The notes beneath the pieces are model-generated. The model worked only from the letters and a program-made list of their open reading frames with translations. It ran no database searches and had not been told where the DNA came from. The position numbers were made by a program, and so were the translations under genes. DNA of 64,000 nt from Selaginella moellendorffii (Eukaryota; Plantae; Lycopodiophyta): the NCBI RefSeq assembly GCF_000143415.4, contig NW_003314262.1, positions 6,075,531 through 6,139,530 on the forward strand, read 5' to 3'. The stretch's first letter is position 1; each line of letters starts with the position of its first letter. Shown piece after piece: positions 45,036 through 56,776 of this stretch.

Positions 45036-48000
45036 CTAAACTTCCATCATTTGCACCAACCTCGGCAAACTTTGCCTGGCATTTTCCAGAAGCTTGACAA
45101 CTTGCGCCATTGCAGGTCTCTCGGCCGGCGATGGCTTTGTGCAGCACAGCGCGATCTTCACCACACGCATCATCTCCGCATCCACCTGAGGAGAGTGTCC
45201 CGCCGTGCTCACGTCCAGAATCTGGTCTCCAGCCTGCCAACCTTTCTCGACAATGCAGCGTTCGATCCAATCCGCGATTCTGCCGCCACTTTTGTTCTTG
45301 CTGGCTTGCTTCCCAGTGAGGAGCTCTAGAACAGTGATCCCAAATGCGTAGACGTCCGTCTTCTCGGTCAAGATCTTACTATGGCTCAGTTCTGCAAGTG
45401 ACGAAACAAACATTTTAGTCCGAGAACGAAAAGAACTCTGGAAGTTCTTCTTTGTTACCTGGAGCTAAGTAGCAGCAGTGGCCTTCCAAGGTTGCAAATT
45501 CCACAAGAAGCTTTGGCCTTGAGCTGACGTCGAGGAACACCGAGTGAGGCGAGAGGCTCCCGTGGAGGATCCGCTCCGGCCTGCTGTGAAGAAATGCGAG
45601 CCCCCTCGCTGTTCCAAGGCAAATGTCATACCTCTCGTTCCATCCCAGAGCGCCAGCGTCTGGTTTCTCCCCGGGGAAGAGAACCGAAGCAAGGCTACCT
45701 TGCGGCAAATGCTGGAAGAGAACCATAGCCGACTCCTTCCCCGTGCAAATCCCCAGAACCTTTGCCACATTCTCGTGCCGGAGCCTCGACACCGCTTCCA
45801 TCCGCCGCATCAGCTCGGAGTCCGAGCCCAGACCACTGCTCCTGAGAAACTTCTTCACGCTAAAAACGTTGCCACCTTGATCGCTGGCCACGAAGACGTC
45901 AGACGATGAAGAACTGGAGCTCGAAACTATCTCTTCGCCGTTCAATCGCAGCTTGTGGAACAGAACCAGATGCCAAGCCTTGAGATCTTCCTCGAGCTGG
46001 GGACGTACGTGACGCCTCCGGCGATTGAGAAAGAGGAGGACGAGGTAGGCCAGCGCGGCCGCCACGCACAGGCACAGCCCAACACCAAGGATCCAGCTCA
46101 GCGCGTACGTGGCACTCGTTAGCGACCGACAAGTCGGCAAGCCGAGCTGACGTGTCGTGCTGCATAGCTCGTTTCCCGCCAGGCTGCTCGAGTTGACGAT
46201 GGCCGAGAGAGCTCCGGAGGAAGGAAACGCTCCAGAGAGCCTGTTCTCGGAGATGTTGAGGAACTCCAGCGATTGCATCGATGCCAGCGTCGCAGGGATC
46301 CCGCCCTCCAAGAGATTTCTCGAGAGATCCAGCGAGCTCAGCGTGGAGATATGTCCGAGCGAAGCCGGGATGGATCCAGTGAGCATGTTTTCGCTAAGAT
46401 CGATGGACACAAGCCTGGAGCAATGCCCGATCTGCGATGGGATCCCGCCGGAGAGATAGTTGCCGCTGAGATCCAGCTCGGTGAGGAGCTGGGCTTCGCC
46501 GATCGTGGCCGGGATCTCTCCACGGAACTCGTTGGCGCCGAGCTGGAGCTCCACCAGCGCTGGAAGCTGGAAGATCGCGGCGGGGATCTCTCCCTCGATC
46601 GAGTTCTGCTGGAGCGAGAGGATTTGCAGCGATGGGCAGCTCCAATTCAGCCCGGCAATGCTCCCGGACAAGCGATTGTTGGACATGTCGAGGAAGTAGA
46701 GCTCCTCTAGCAGCGGTAGCGATCCGGGAACGTTCCCAGTGAGGCGGTTGTTCTGGATCCTCACCCTCTTGAGGCTGGCACAGCGCGCGATACCGTCGGG
46801 GATCGGCCCCTCAAACGCATTGTCGAAGAGGATGAGCTTGAAGAGGCCCCCATTGGCACAGAGCGCCGGAGGGATCAAGCCCGAGAGCGCATTGGTGGAC
46901 AGGTCCACAGCCGTTAGATTCGAGGCTGTGCCCAGCCGCGGATCAACAGTCCCGGATAGCCCATTCCTCCACAGCGCTAGGGTGCGCAGCCTGGGCATGG
47001 CGGAGAAACTCACCGGCACTGGCCCCGAGAGGTTGTTCTGGAAGAGATTGACGATCTCCAGCGTTGGAATGTCGGCCAGCGATCCCGGGATGGCGCCGGA
47101 GAGCGTGTTGTTGCTGAGATCCAGCGAGATGAGGCGGCGGAGGCGGCCGAGCGACGCTGGGATCTCGCCCGAGAGGCGATTCGTGTAGAGGAAGAGGTAC
47201 TCGAGCCTGGAGAGATTGGCGATGGAATCCCCTGGAATCGGCCCCGAGAGATCGTTGAAGACGAGATCGAGGTGGAGCAGCGAGTCGCGCAGCGATCCAA
47301 TGCCGCGCGGGATGGATCCATTGAGCTGATTGTAGCCGAGATAGATCCATTCCAGGCGCTGGAGCCTGGAGATCTCCTCCGGGATGGAGCCGACGAGGGA
47401 ATTGCCCGCTAGGGTAAGATAGCGCAGCGAGGAGAGGTTAAAGAGCTCCGCGGGAATCGAACCCTCGAGGTAGTTCCCGCCAAGATCAAGATGCTCCAGC
47501 CGCGGGGAATATCCCACCTCCCGGGGGATCGTTCCCGTGAGGGAATTTATCCAGAAATCGACGGTCTCCAGCTGTGTGAGGCCCGTAAAGAGGACGGCTG
47601 GGATCTTCTCCGAGAGCGCATTGTCACTGAGGTTGAGGTGCTTGAGCGACGAGCATTGCGCGAGCGATGGCGGGATTGGGCCCGTGAAATTGTTGTGGGC
47701 GAGATTGAGGCTCTGGAGCGCGCCCAGCGATCCAATCTCCGGGGAGATTGTGCCCGAGAGATTGCTGCTGCTGAGGTCGATGGCGATGATCACGCTGGTG
47801 CCGGGCGAGTTCGAGGAAGAGTTGCTGCGATCTTGGGCTTTTCTCCGCGGGTCGCAAGTGATCCCCAGCCAAGAGCACGGCGCCGCGGATGCCTGGGAGG
47901 ACTCGATCTTCCAGCTCTCGAGCTTGTTGAGCGGGTCGAGGATGTAGCTCTTGATCCGGAGCAGCGTATCCACGTCTGGATTCGCCGCCGCGGCCGCCGC

Positions 48001-48069
48001 GGAGAATTGGACGAGAATCACGAGAGCAATCCCGGCAAGAACAATCGCTCTACTCTTTCGAAACTCCAT
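45036..48069 (-). CDS. LRR receptor-like kinase (CLV1/BAM/PXY-like subclass XI ectodomain) with a degenerate kinase domain, 2 exons
   Basis: Signal peptide, C-x-W-x-G-x-x-C cap, ~20 plant LRRs, TM segment. Intron 45392-45458 restores YLAPE. HRD is HGS and DFG is EFA. Confidence 0.93.
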
Positions 48070-50429
48070 CCTTTCCTCGAGAATGCAGGAAAGAAGAACC
48101 AACTGTAGAAGAGAAGCTTGTCAATCCATGAGAAAAAAACGTTTTTTTTCCCTTTTTTTTCTACGTACTCCTTTTTCTTTGCGATTGTACGAGGAAGAAC
48201 GAGATCTCGCGCTGCTTCTCCTGGCCAAGACAGAGGAAGATACGCTCCCTTCGTAGCGGGCGTATAAAAGAAAAGCTCCAAAGCCCTGGCTCTTTGTAGT
48301 TCTTTGCGAAGTTCTCTCTATTTTTGTGGGTGGTCTGTCTGCGTGGAGCTCGATCCAGGCTGTTGCACGAAGGGCAAGAGAGATGGAGGAAAAAAATGAG
48401 GAAAAAAGACCCGAAAAAAGAAGAAATCGATGAGAGCAACAGCAAAAGGACGAGCGATTCCAGGACGAGATGTTGGTTCAATTCAAGAGGAAGCAAACGA
48501 TAACGAAAACGAAAGGAAACTGGGTGTTTTGATGCTGGCTGGCGCTCTCCAAATTATTTCCGAGATGGAGGAGGAGAATTGACAAATGCCCAACTCGACG
48601 CGTTTCCGGGCATTTGTTTTGCGCTGTGCTGTGCTGGGATGGATGGGATGGATGCCTCAAAACCTGCAATACAAGAACACAATCGAGAAAGTCCTACACG
48701 GGACAAGGCTATAAATCGCGCTTGGATTTGGCAGAGGATCGAGCAAAAAGCCCGGCAGCGGAGATCGAATCGGATCTCGCGGTTCCCGCTGCCGATGCAG
48801 GGAACGAGGACGTGAGATTGCTCAGAGAGCGCAGCGGAGAAATGGGTTGCAGCAGTTTCCAGCAAATTATCGAGCCCACAAGGAGGAAATCGCTGGATCT
48901 TGTGGCTTGCAGCAGATGCCGCAGAGGGGCAAATGCTTTATAGCGTTGGACCTTTGTGGGCGTGGTGCTGGTCGGCGTGGCCCACGAAACATGAATGCGT
49001 AGGATTTGAAAACACCGATTCCTGTTTGTATGAGCTAAGCGAAAAAGAGGAAAGCGAGAAAAGGAAAAGCTTTGGACGCAAATGGAATTGATTGCTCACT
49101 GCAAGGCTAGCTCGACCGCTTTCACTCTCACTATTGCGCAGGGACCCCCTTGCTCTGATCATCACAATTTGACCTGCTAGAGCGATGGAGATCAAGAGAG
49201 AAGCCAGACAATGGAAGCGATAAAGCAATGATGGGATGACTCGATGATACTTCTTCTGCGATGCGCTCACAGAGCTCGAAAAAGAGCCAAGCGAGAGAGA
49301 GAGAGTGGAAAAAGCTATGATTTTTTTGAGACACGAAGATGCGGTGGAGGGGATGGATTTCTCAAAGGCTGCGCCGCTTGCTGCCGCTACGCAGTCGCAC
49401 TCGCCGTTGCAGAGATTTTTGGGAAGAAAAGGAAAAAAATAAAGAAGAGGAGACCAAAACTATTGCCCGCATTCCGGAGAAATGCTCCGCTCCACTCATC
49501 TGGGTGATCCTGTGTGACCAATCATGATGATCCGGTCCAGTGGAACTTTCGCAGCCCAGAGAACTCGATCGAGAGAAAGAGATCGATCCAAAAACTCCGT
49601 TTGAAAGGCACACCACACTTGACAAAACCGATGAGAAACGATTCGCAGGAATATTCGCACGTCGGGTGGGCAAATCTGGGCCGCTGGAATTCGAACCAGG
49701 CGCGCCGTAGATAACGGTCCCAGCTGTCACGGCGGCGGGGCCGTACTGACCACACACTTGGGCGATAGGGCTCGCATCCGACGGTGGGCGTTGTCCGGCG
49801 GTGGAAAAGAGTCACCTCGGTAAAGAATCTACACTGACAGTACTGTGGTAAAAACTTCACATCGGTCATGTTATTTCGATGGCGACTAGTGGCGCGTTAA
49901 AACAAAATGCGTGCTGATAATGATAATAATGGTCGCCGCTACTTGTGGTTTTTTTTTTGGCCTGGCAGGAATCGAGCGTGCGACACCTGGCCGGCGGCTA
50001 CAGAGCACAGGGTTTGAACATGGGACCGGATTCTAAAGCGGCGACTTTCCGCCATTTTGACCTCGAGACCAAAAATCTAGAAATGCCGTCAAGCAACGGA
50101 AGAAGAGGCAAATTATCTTTTCTTGTCATACATATCGCGACGAAAGTCACGGGCATCTAGAAGGTCAATCCAAGAGATCTTTTCTCTTTTGGAGTGGCAT
50201 GGCGATAAGAACAAACCAACGAACAACGCTCGGAGCGAAAATGTATTAAAGTGACCAGTCAACGTAATTGACGAACCCTAGTAAACGAAATTGACTGGAC
50301 TAAATCCTAGTCAGCGTCGTTGACTAGAACCAAAATCCACTCCCTCCTACTTATAGTGAGCTTATTACAGGTGGTGCGAAATAAAAGGACCGAGTCTACA
50401 TACAAGCTTGGCTTGGATGGATTGATTTT

Positions 50430-51140
50430 TTACAGTCGCCACTCTCGGTTTTGGAAGATATCGCTCATCGGAGACATCCATCTCTTGGTGTGATAGACGC
50501 TCTCTCCGACCACCCAGCCGGGAACGTTGGCCATGATCCGGGCTTCCTCTTCCAGCTGCTTCTTACGAGCATTCGCATAGCTGCAAGAACCGAAGCTTGG
50601 AATTAGAATCGAAGTATAATTGTAGCTCGGAAAACCTTACCTTATGTCCTGCTCGGCGAGAATGTAGGGTGTGATTGCGAAGCGGCAGGCTTTCTTCTCG
50701 AGTTTGCAAAGACTGCGTAGCGAGACAGGAATTTGAGATCAGAACCAGAGAAGAAACGAAAAACTAAAGAGGAGAAAACGAGCTAGATTGCAAAGCTGCG
50801 TATTTCAGGTCAAAACCAGAGAAGAAACGAGAAACTAAGAGGAGAAAATTGCAAAAACTGCACAGCGAGTGATCAAACCCAAGAGGAGAAAAGGAGCTAG
50901 AGGAAAGAATGCGGGTAAGAATGCATACCTGCGATATCTGTTGAATTGCCCGACCTTGTACAGTCCCCAAAACGTCATGAATCCCACCACGGCCATCACG
51001 GTGAGGCCGCTGGGGCCTGTGTTAGGGATTCTAGCGCCATACCTCACGGGTGGGAGCTTGTGTGGGAGCCTGTCCTGGAGAACGGGCAGCTCCTTCACGG
51101 AGCTCATGCCCTTCTGGCCGCGCACCACCGTCTCCGCCAT
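50430..51140 (-). CDS. NDUFA13: NADH dehydrogenase 1 alpha subcomplex subunit 13 (B16.6/GRIM-19), 3 exons
   Basis: [13 protein letters not shown]...[15 protein letters not shown]...VGQFNRYRR | ...[10 protein letters not shown] | ...[23 protein letters not shown]. Confidence 0.92.
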
Positions 51141-51181
51141 CGCGCTTGAACCTCGCCAAGAACCCTAAACGAAGAAGAACC

Positions 51182-52924
51182 CTAAATTGGGGCATGGCAT
51201 TTGGGCGAGATATCAAAGAGATTTCTGGCCGCTCGCGCGCTGGCCGGGGAATCGCTCTGCACAGCTCCCGCGCCGAGGATCGTCGCCCACGCCACTGGAT
51301 CGGGGCGGAATGGCATTCCCCTGAGGAGATTCTCGGCCTCCTGGAGCTGCCCGGATCGGCCCAGGATGTCGATCGCGCAGCTGAAGTGCTCGCGCGTCGG
51401 GGCGAGGTTGTGATCGCTGGCGAGGGACGCGAAGGAGCGGCAGCCCTGCTCGATCTTCCCCGTGTGGGCGAGCACGCTGAGCAACGGGATGAAGGAGAGT
51501 TCGTCCGGATTGGAACCCTCGAGCAGCATCGCGTGGAATGTGGCCAGGTCGTCGACGAGATTCCCAGACTGGGAATATGCCGCGAGCATGGAGTTCCATG
51601 TCACTGCTTGGACGAAGCACGAGCGTGGCATCTTCTCGAAGAAATTCCTTGCCTCACGAAGATTCCCTCCCCGTGACAATGCCACGAGGACCGCATTCCA
51701 TGATACCTCGTTGCGGTCTGGCATATTCCCAAACAGGGCCATGGAATCCCATAGATGCCCTGCCTGGGCATATGCGACGCACAGTGATGTCCACGTCACC
51801 ACGTCTTTGTGAGGCATCGAATCAAAGATATTCCTGGCATCTTGTAGATTTCCGTTGCTTGCAAACGCAGCTAGCATTGCGTTGTAGGCAGTGGTGTCCC
51901 ACTCTGGCATGGAGTCGAATATGCATTTCGCATCTTCCAGATGCCCATTCTGGGCGTGCGCTACCAGAAGGCTTGTCCAAGTGATCACATCTCGCTCCAT
52001 GGCGTTGTCGAATATGCTTTTTGACTGGTGGATATCCCCCTGGTTTCCATAGCCAGCAATGAGGACATTAGACGATACTACGTTCCACTCAGCCATCGAG
52101 TTGTGAAAGATTCCTTGGGCATCCTGGAGATTCCCAGCCTCTATATGTAAGTGGATCATGGCCGTGCATGCGACCACATTCCACTCCGGCATGCTGAGAA
52201 AGATTCTCTTCGATTCCTCAAGATGCCCAAGAGTAGCATTTGCCTGCATCATGACCGTCCAGCTCACAGCATTTCTTTCGGGCATTTCTTGAAAGATCCT
52301 CCAAGCACCTAGTATATCCCCAGCGCTTGTGAATGCTGCCAGCATCACAGTCCAGGATACCACAGTCGTTTCCGGCATATTCTCAAAAAGCTTTATAGCT
52401 TTGGAATGATTCCCGTCATCGGCATATGCTTGGAGCAGAGCAGTCCAGGTGAGAACGTTTCTGCAGGGAATGAAATCAAACAATTTCTTAGATTCCTCAA
52501 GATCTTTAGCGCTGACATAGGCTGCAAGGATAGTGTTCCACGACACGAGGTCTTTTTTCTCAGTGGAATCGAACACCCCTCGAGCGAGCTCCAGATGCCC
52601 ATTCTCGGCATATGTCTTGATCATCATGTTGGCTGAGAAGACGTTGGGTTTATGGATCCCTTGGAAGATCGCTACCGCCTCTTTCACTCTGCCACACTTC
52701 CCATACATCTCGATCAAGAGATTCGAAAGGAATGTGGAGCAGCAGTCGGCAACTTGCGCGTGAATTGCCTGCCCTCTCGACAAATCTCTAAGCCTCCCAC
52801 ATTCCTTGATCGAAGTTGCGATCCCAATCTCTTCTTTGATTCGTGTGAGTTTTGCCCTAGAAAAACTCTCGAAAGATGTGGAGGGAGCAGATTCCATTAG
52901 TCCATTGGCCGTTCGATTGACCAT
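51182..52924 (-). CDS. PLS-class PPR protein with a shortened E domain
   Basis: LIEMYGKCG, S-motif array, EHFSCAIDILGRSG, ends CHAPI*. First ATG at 52924; an upstream exon is possible. Confidence 0.9.
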   Translation of the reverse strand: MVNRTANGLMESAPSTSFESFSRAKLTRIKEEIGIATSIKECGRLRDLSRGQAIHAQVADCCSTFLSNLLIEMYGKCGRVKEAVAIFQGIHKPNVFSANMMIKTYAENGHLELARGVFDSTEKKDLVSWNTILAAYVSAKDLEESKKLFDFIPCRNVLTWTALLQAYADDGNHSKAIKLFENMPETTVVSWTVMLAAFTSAGDILGAWRIFQEMPERNAVSWTVMMQANATLGHLEESKRIFLSMPEWNVVACTAMIHLHIEAGNLQDAQGIFHNSMAEWNVVSSNVLIAGYGNQGDIHQSKSIFDNAMERDVITWTSLLVAHAQNGHLEDAKCIFDSMPEWDTTAYNAMLAAFASNGNLQDARNIFDSMPHKDVVTWTSLCVAYAQAGHLWDSMALFGNMPDRNEVSWNAVLVALSRGGNLREARNFFEKMPRSCFVQAVTWNSMLAAYSQSGNLVDDLATFHAMLLEGSNPDELSFIPLLSVLAHTGKIEQGCRSFASLASDHNLAPTREHFSCAIDILGRSGQLQEAENLLRGMPFRPDPVAWATILGAGAVQSDSPASARAARNLFDISPKCHAPI

Positions 52925-53276
52925 ACGTCTATAATCGTGCCAAGTCACCTGGAAAAAGCCGCCGGCCGACCACGTGTCATATGCCAACAGGCGAGATGAA
53001 AGCGACACTCGGCGTAAAGGCCGGATAGGGTTTTTGAAATTCTCGTTTTAGGGCAATGCGATGGCGCGTCGATGATCGTCACGATTTCGTGATATTCGCA
53101 GGGATCCAGGTGTGCTTCGCGATCTTCGCGATTTCTAGGTGCATGTAACCGGGCAGCGGGCATTTCGATCGATTCGTGTCGGGATCGAGCGGAGGACAGG
53201 ATCGAGGGATTGTTGGCTCCTGAGATGCGAAATTCATGAGTTCTTCCGCTGGCCGCTGGGTTTTGGATCGGGCGCC

Positions 53277-55372
53277 ATGGCATCGCATCATCACGGGGAT
53301 TTCTTGGAGAAGCCCTTGGCGCCGATTGTGGTCACGGCATTGAACTCCAAGGAGCGAGCTGCGAGAGCTTCGATCGAGAAGGCCGAGGCCGAGAGGCGGT
53401 TGCGCGAGGCGGAGGCCCGGCTAAGAGAGGCGATCAAGGCGCTGAACAGGAGCCATGGGAAAGATCCGGAGGGGTCGCTGTACGATGGGAGGCATGCTCT
53501 TTGTCACCATGGAGACTCTTGCATCGCGAATGCGATTGGGAGCCTTTGCCAGAGCTTTCTTCTGGCGTATGGTGTGAGAGTTGGGATTGGCGTGCTGCTC
53601 AGGGCTTTCAAGCTTGCGAAGAGGAGACCCCATTACACATTTCTCGATTTACAAGTAAGTGACGTCTTCGTTTTCTTCCGTGTTGATGGAAATACGCAGT
53701 TGCTATTGTCCGAGAAAAATCTTATTGTGAGGGAGGAAGCATGCCGGACTGGTTTGCTCTTCGGTGGCTTCGCTGGAGCTTTCCATGGCATTCGATGCCT
53801 TCTACGGAGATTTCGAAACAAGGATACTCCGCTGAACGTGTAAGCGTCCGCCTTTTCTCTCTTGTGTTATCTAGCCTTACGTTCCCCACAGTTTTATAGC
53901 TGGAGCTTTTGCTGGGCTGTCTGTGCTCTCGCTGGATGATCCTGCCAAAAGGCGGACTTTTGCTCTGTATTTGCTCGCAAGAGTTGCACAGGTACTAGCA
54001 GGTTTCATGATTTGGTTCCTTCGAAGTTTTCCTGAGATAAGACGCTTGCAGTGCACATACAACTCGGCAAAGGCGAAGGACAAGTTCCATTTTTGGGGAA
54101 GCCACTGGAAGCATGGCGATACTCTGCTGTTCTCCCTGGCTACCGCGCAGGTATAAGTTCCAATCTCACGCTAGTTTCCAGTCTCATTTTGAAATCTTTC
54201 AGATCATGTACGCGTACGTGATGAGGCCAGAAACTTTACCGGAATCCTACCTCGAGTTTATCATAAAGACTGGCCCCATTGCTAGGCCAGTTCTAAAAGC
54301 CGTGCGCGAGAGTTGCCGAGGTGGTCCAATCGACATAGCGGCTCTTTCAGCCTTTGTGGAAAGACGCACAGGTCAAGCTATCACGGGTTTGCAGCCTAAT
54401 GCTCCTATCATACCTTGCTCGTGCGTCCACCCGGAATCTCCTTTTTGCTTCCAGCACAACATGAGAGCAATGCGCGCGACATTCAAGAAGACTTTCCCGC
54501 TGTATCTCTCTCTCACGTTCGTGCCGTTCGTGGTCTTGAACGTCCAAAAGGTAACCTTTTTCTTTGCTTCTCTTTCCATCTCGTTTGTTCATTCCACTTG
54601 CTCTTGCAGTTCATGCAGGCACCAATGCACACATTCTGGAACGCGCTCAAGAGCGCAGTGCGATCTACTTACTTCTTGTCCGCATTTGTTGGCATCTACC
54701 AGGTATGCTGTCTCTGGCATTACAGGTGATAGTAACTTAGCTCTGGCTTTTGGTCCCAGGGAATCATTTGTCTACAGCGAAAAGCCGTGACCAAAGACTT
54801 TAGATTCATCTACTGGTTCGCGGGAGCCATCGCGTCTCTGTCGGCAATGCTGGAGAAGAAAGGCCGGCGCTCTGAGCTAGCGCTGTATGTTCTTCCCCGA
54901 GCGGCGGATTCGCTGTGGTATATTTTGATAAACAGGCACTTGCTGCCTAACATCAAACACGCCGAAGTAAGCCTCTCTTTCTCCTCTAGTGTTTCCTTGG
55001 ATTCTCACAAACTTGACTTGTATTTCTCTCTCCTTGAAACAGGTAGCACTGTTTTGTTTGTGCATGGGCGGGCTCATGTACTACCATGAACACGAGCCGG
55101 ACACCATGGCTCCATTTTTGCGGGGCTTGATACGGCGCTTCTTGAACAGGACTGGGGGGATGGACCAGCCTCCCGTGTTAAGCACCGCTTATCCTTATTT
55201 TCTTCCACTGGACGTTCCTTCCTCCGCCATCGCCATCGAGGACGGGCGCAACCATTTGCGTTTACATCTCAACCATCAGCATCAGCATCAGCAGCCGCCG
55301 TTGCGGGACGGGGTCGTCAACGGCGAAGATCCGCTCGAAAGGCTGCAAGCCGAGGCCTTCAAGGGACTGTAA
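53277..55372 (+). CDS. TMEM135-like membrane protein, multi-exon
   Basis: CIANAIGSLCQSFLLAYGVRVGIGVLLRAFKL, RRTFALYLLAR, WKHGDTLLFSLA, QIMYAYVMRPETLP, EKKGRRSELALYVLPRA. Confidence 0.88.
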
Positions 55373-56776
55373 GAGAGCTCTACTTTCTTCTTTTTGGTTC
55401 CTTCTCCTTGTCAAGCAAGGATCGTCGTTCCGAGCATTAGACAACTTCCCGAAAACTTAGGAGAGCGACTCATGGCGTCCCTGAGGCATTTTGGAATCTC
55501 AAGCTTGCGATTTATTAAGTATTTTGGGTTGAGGACAAACTATAGGATATAGTATTTCTCTCTGCATGTTGCATCCTACATCAACGGAGACATTCCCAGA
55601 AACGCCCACATCTCAAGATGGCTATTGCCGGAGCAGTGCCAGGACTCAAACGTCAAAGAGTGCGGAGGCCTAGGTGTTTAGTGACAAAGTCAACAACAGT
55701 CAATTAAGTCAATACGATGTTTACCAATATGAAAATCGAAGAGCTCAAAGGTTAGGCGAATGAGCAGGCGATCGAGGAGGTGCAGGGCAAGCACTTCGGA
55801 GAGGGTATGGCGCTCGCGTGAGAGAAGAAGAGAAGGAAGGAAAGCTCGCCTCGATGCAATAACGATGCAAGACATGGCACAAGCAAGCCGAAGGGAGGGA
55901 AGAACTACCGCTGTACAAGCCTATTGATCCAGCGGCAAGTAATGTGATTGTCAAGCCCAAGCGCCAAGGCTCAAACGTCTGCCGAGTCATGAGCAGGTTC
56001 CACGACTCGGAGTCCTTTGAAAAACACTTCGGTTTCGCTTCTCTTTTCCAGAGTTCTCCTTCACAACTTTTGTTTCTTTCTTCCTCGAAATCCGGTTGCA
56101 GCAAGCCTCCAATGCGGTACCGATACGTACGACTACAACTCACCGTCCAGCGAGGAAGACAGTCGCTAGCTCTTCTTCGTGACTTTAAATTTCATAGTCA
56201 ACTGGAGCTCTGCGGGTAAAGTAGAGATTTGGAACTAAGACTTTCTTTTGGACGAATGGACCCCAAGAGGAAACATTCCATTGTTGCCACCATGGAATGA
56301 GAGAAACGAGGAAGAACTGTCCTTGATATGAGACGGAGAGGGTTTATAAAGAGGGATCTAGCACCTCTAGACTTTGCATGGCCTTTCTCATCCATCCATC
56401 GATACATTTGAAACTATCAACATTAACTTGGAAAAAGCAAAGATCTATCAGAAGGCTGCCTTACATGTAAATTGGTTCACTTCAAGAAGATTAGGAAGTG
56501 ATTCTTCTTAGTTGTTGGCATTGGCAGTGAAGATGGAGCTCGACTCTATGGCGATCAGGCACTAAATGGAATAAAAAGCTTGGATTTGCTTGGGTGATAA
56601 AGATATGTATGCACTTGGCCTTCGAGTAAAATGACACAGCTCTCGGAACATTTGCCTCTAAAGGGCATTATGTGATTGGGAGATGACCAAGGAATCTAGA
56701 ATTTTTTTATTTTTTGTTTTTTCGTTTTTCCTGGAAAGGATGGTTCTTGTCTGGAAAATAAAGAGGACGAAGTCAA

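Noticed and set aside
48100-50100. Several 60-130 aa ORFs upstream of the LRR receptor
   Set aside because: Low-complexity promoter or leader sequence with no coding signature, and I noticed no Arg-stop uORF pattern.
50742-50850. Duplicated ~36-bp motif in NDUFA13 intron 1
   Set aside because: Ordinary local intronic duplication; no snoRNA boxes evident.
55690-56400. Possible MIRNA or small gene between the TMEM135-like and pullulanase genes (short stem at ~55982-56010)
   Set aside because: The stem is too short for a pre-miRNA, there is no match to miRNAs I recognise, and the ORFs lack features.
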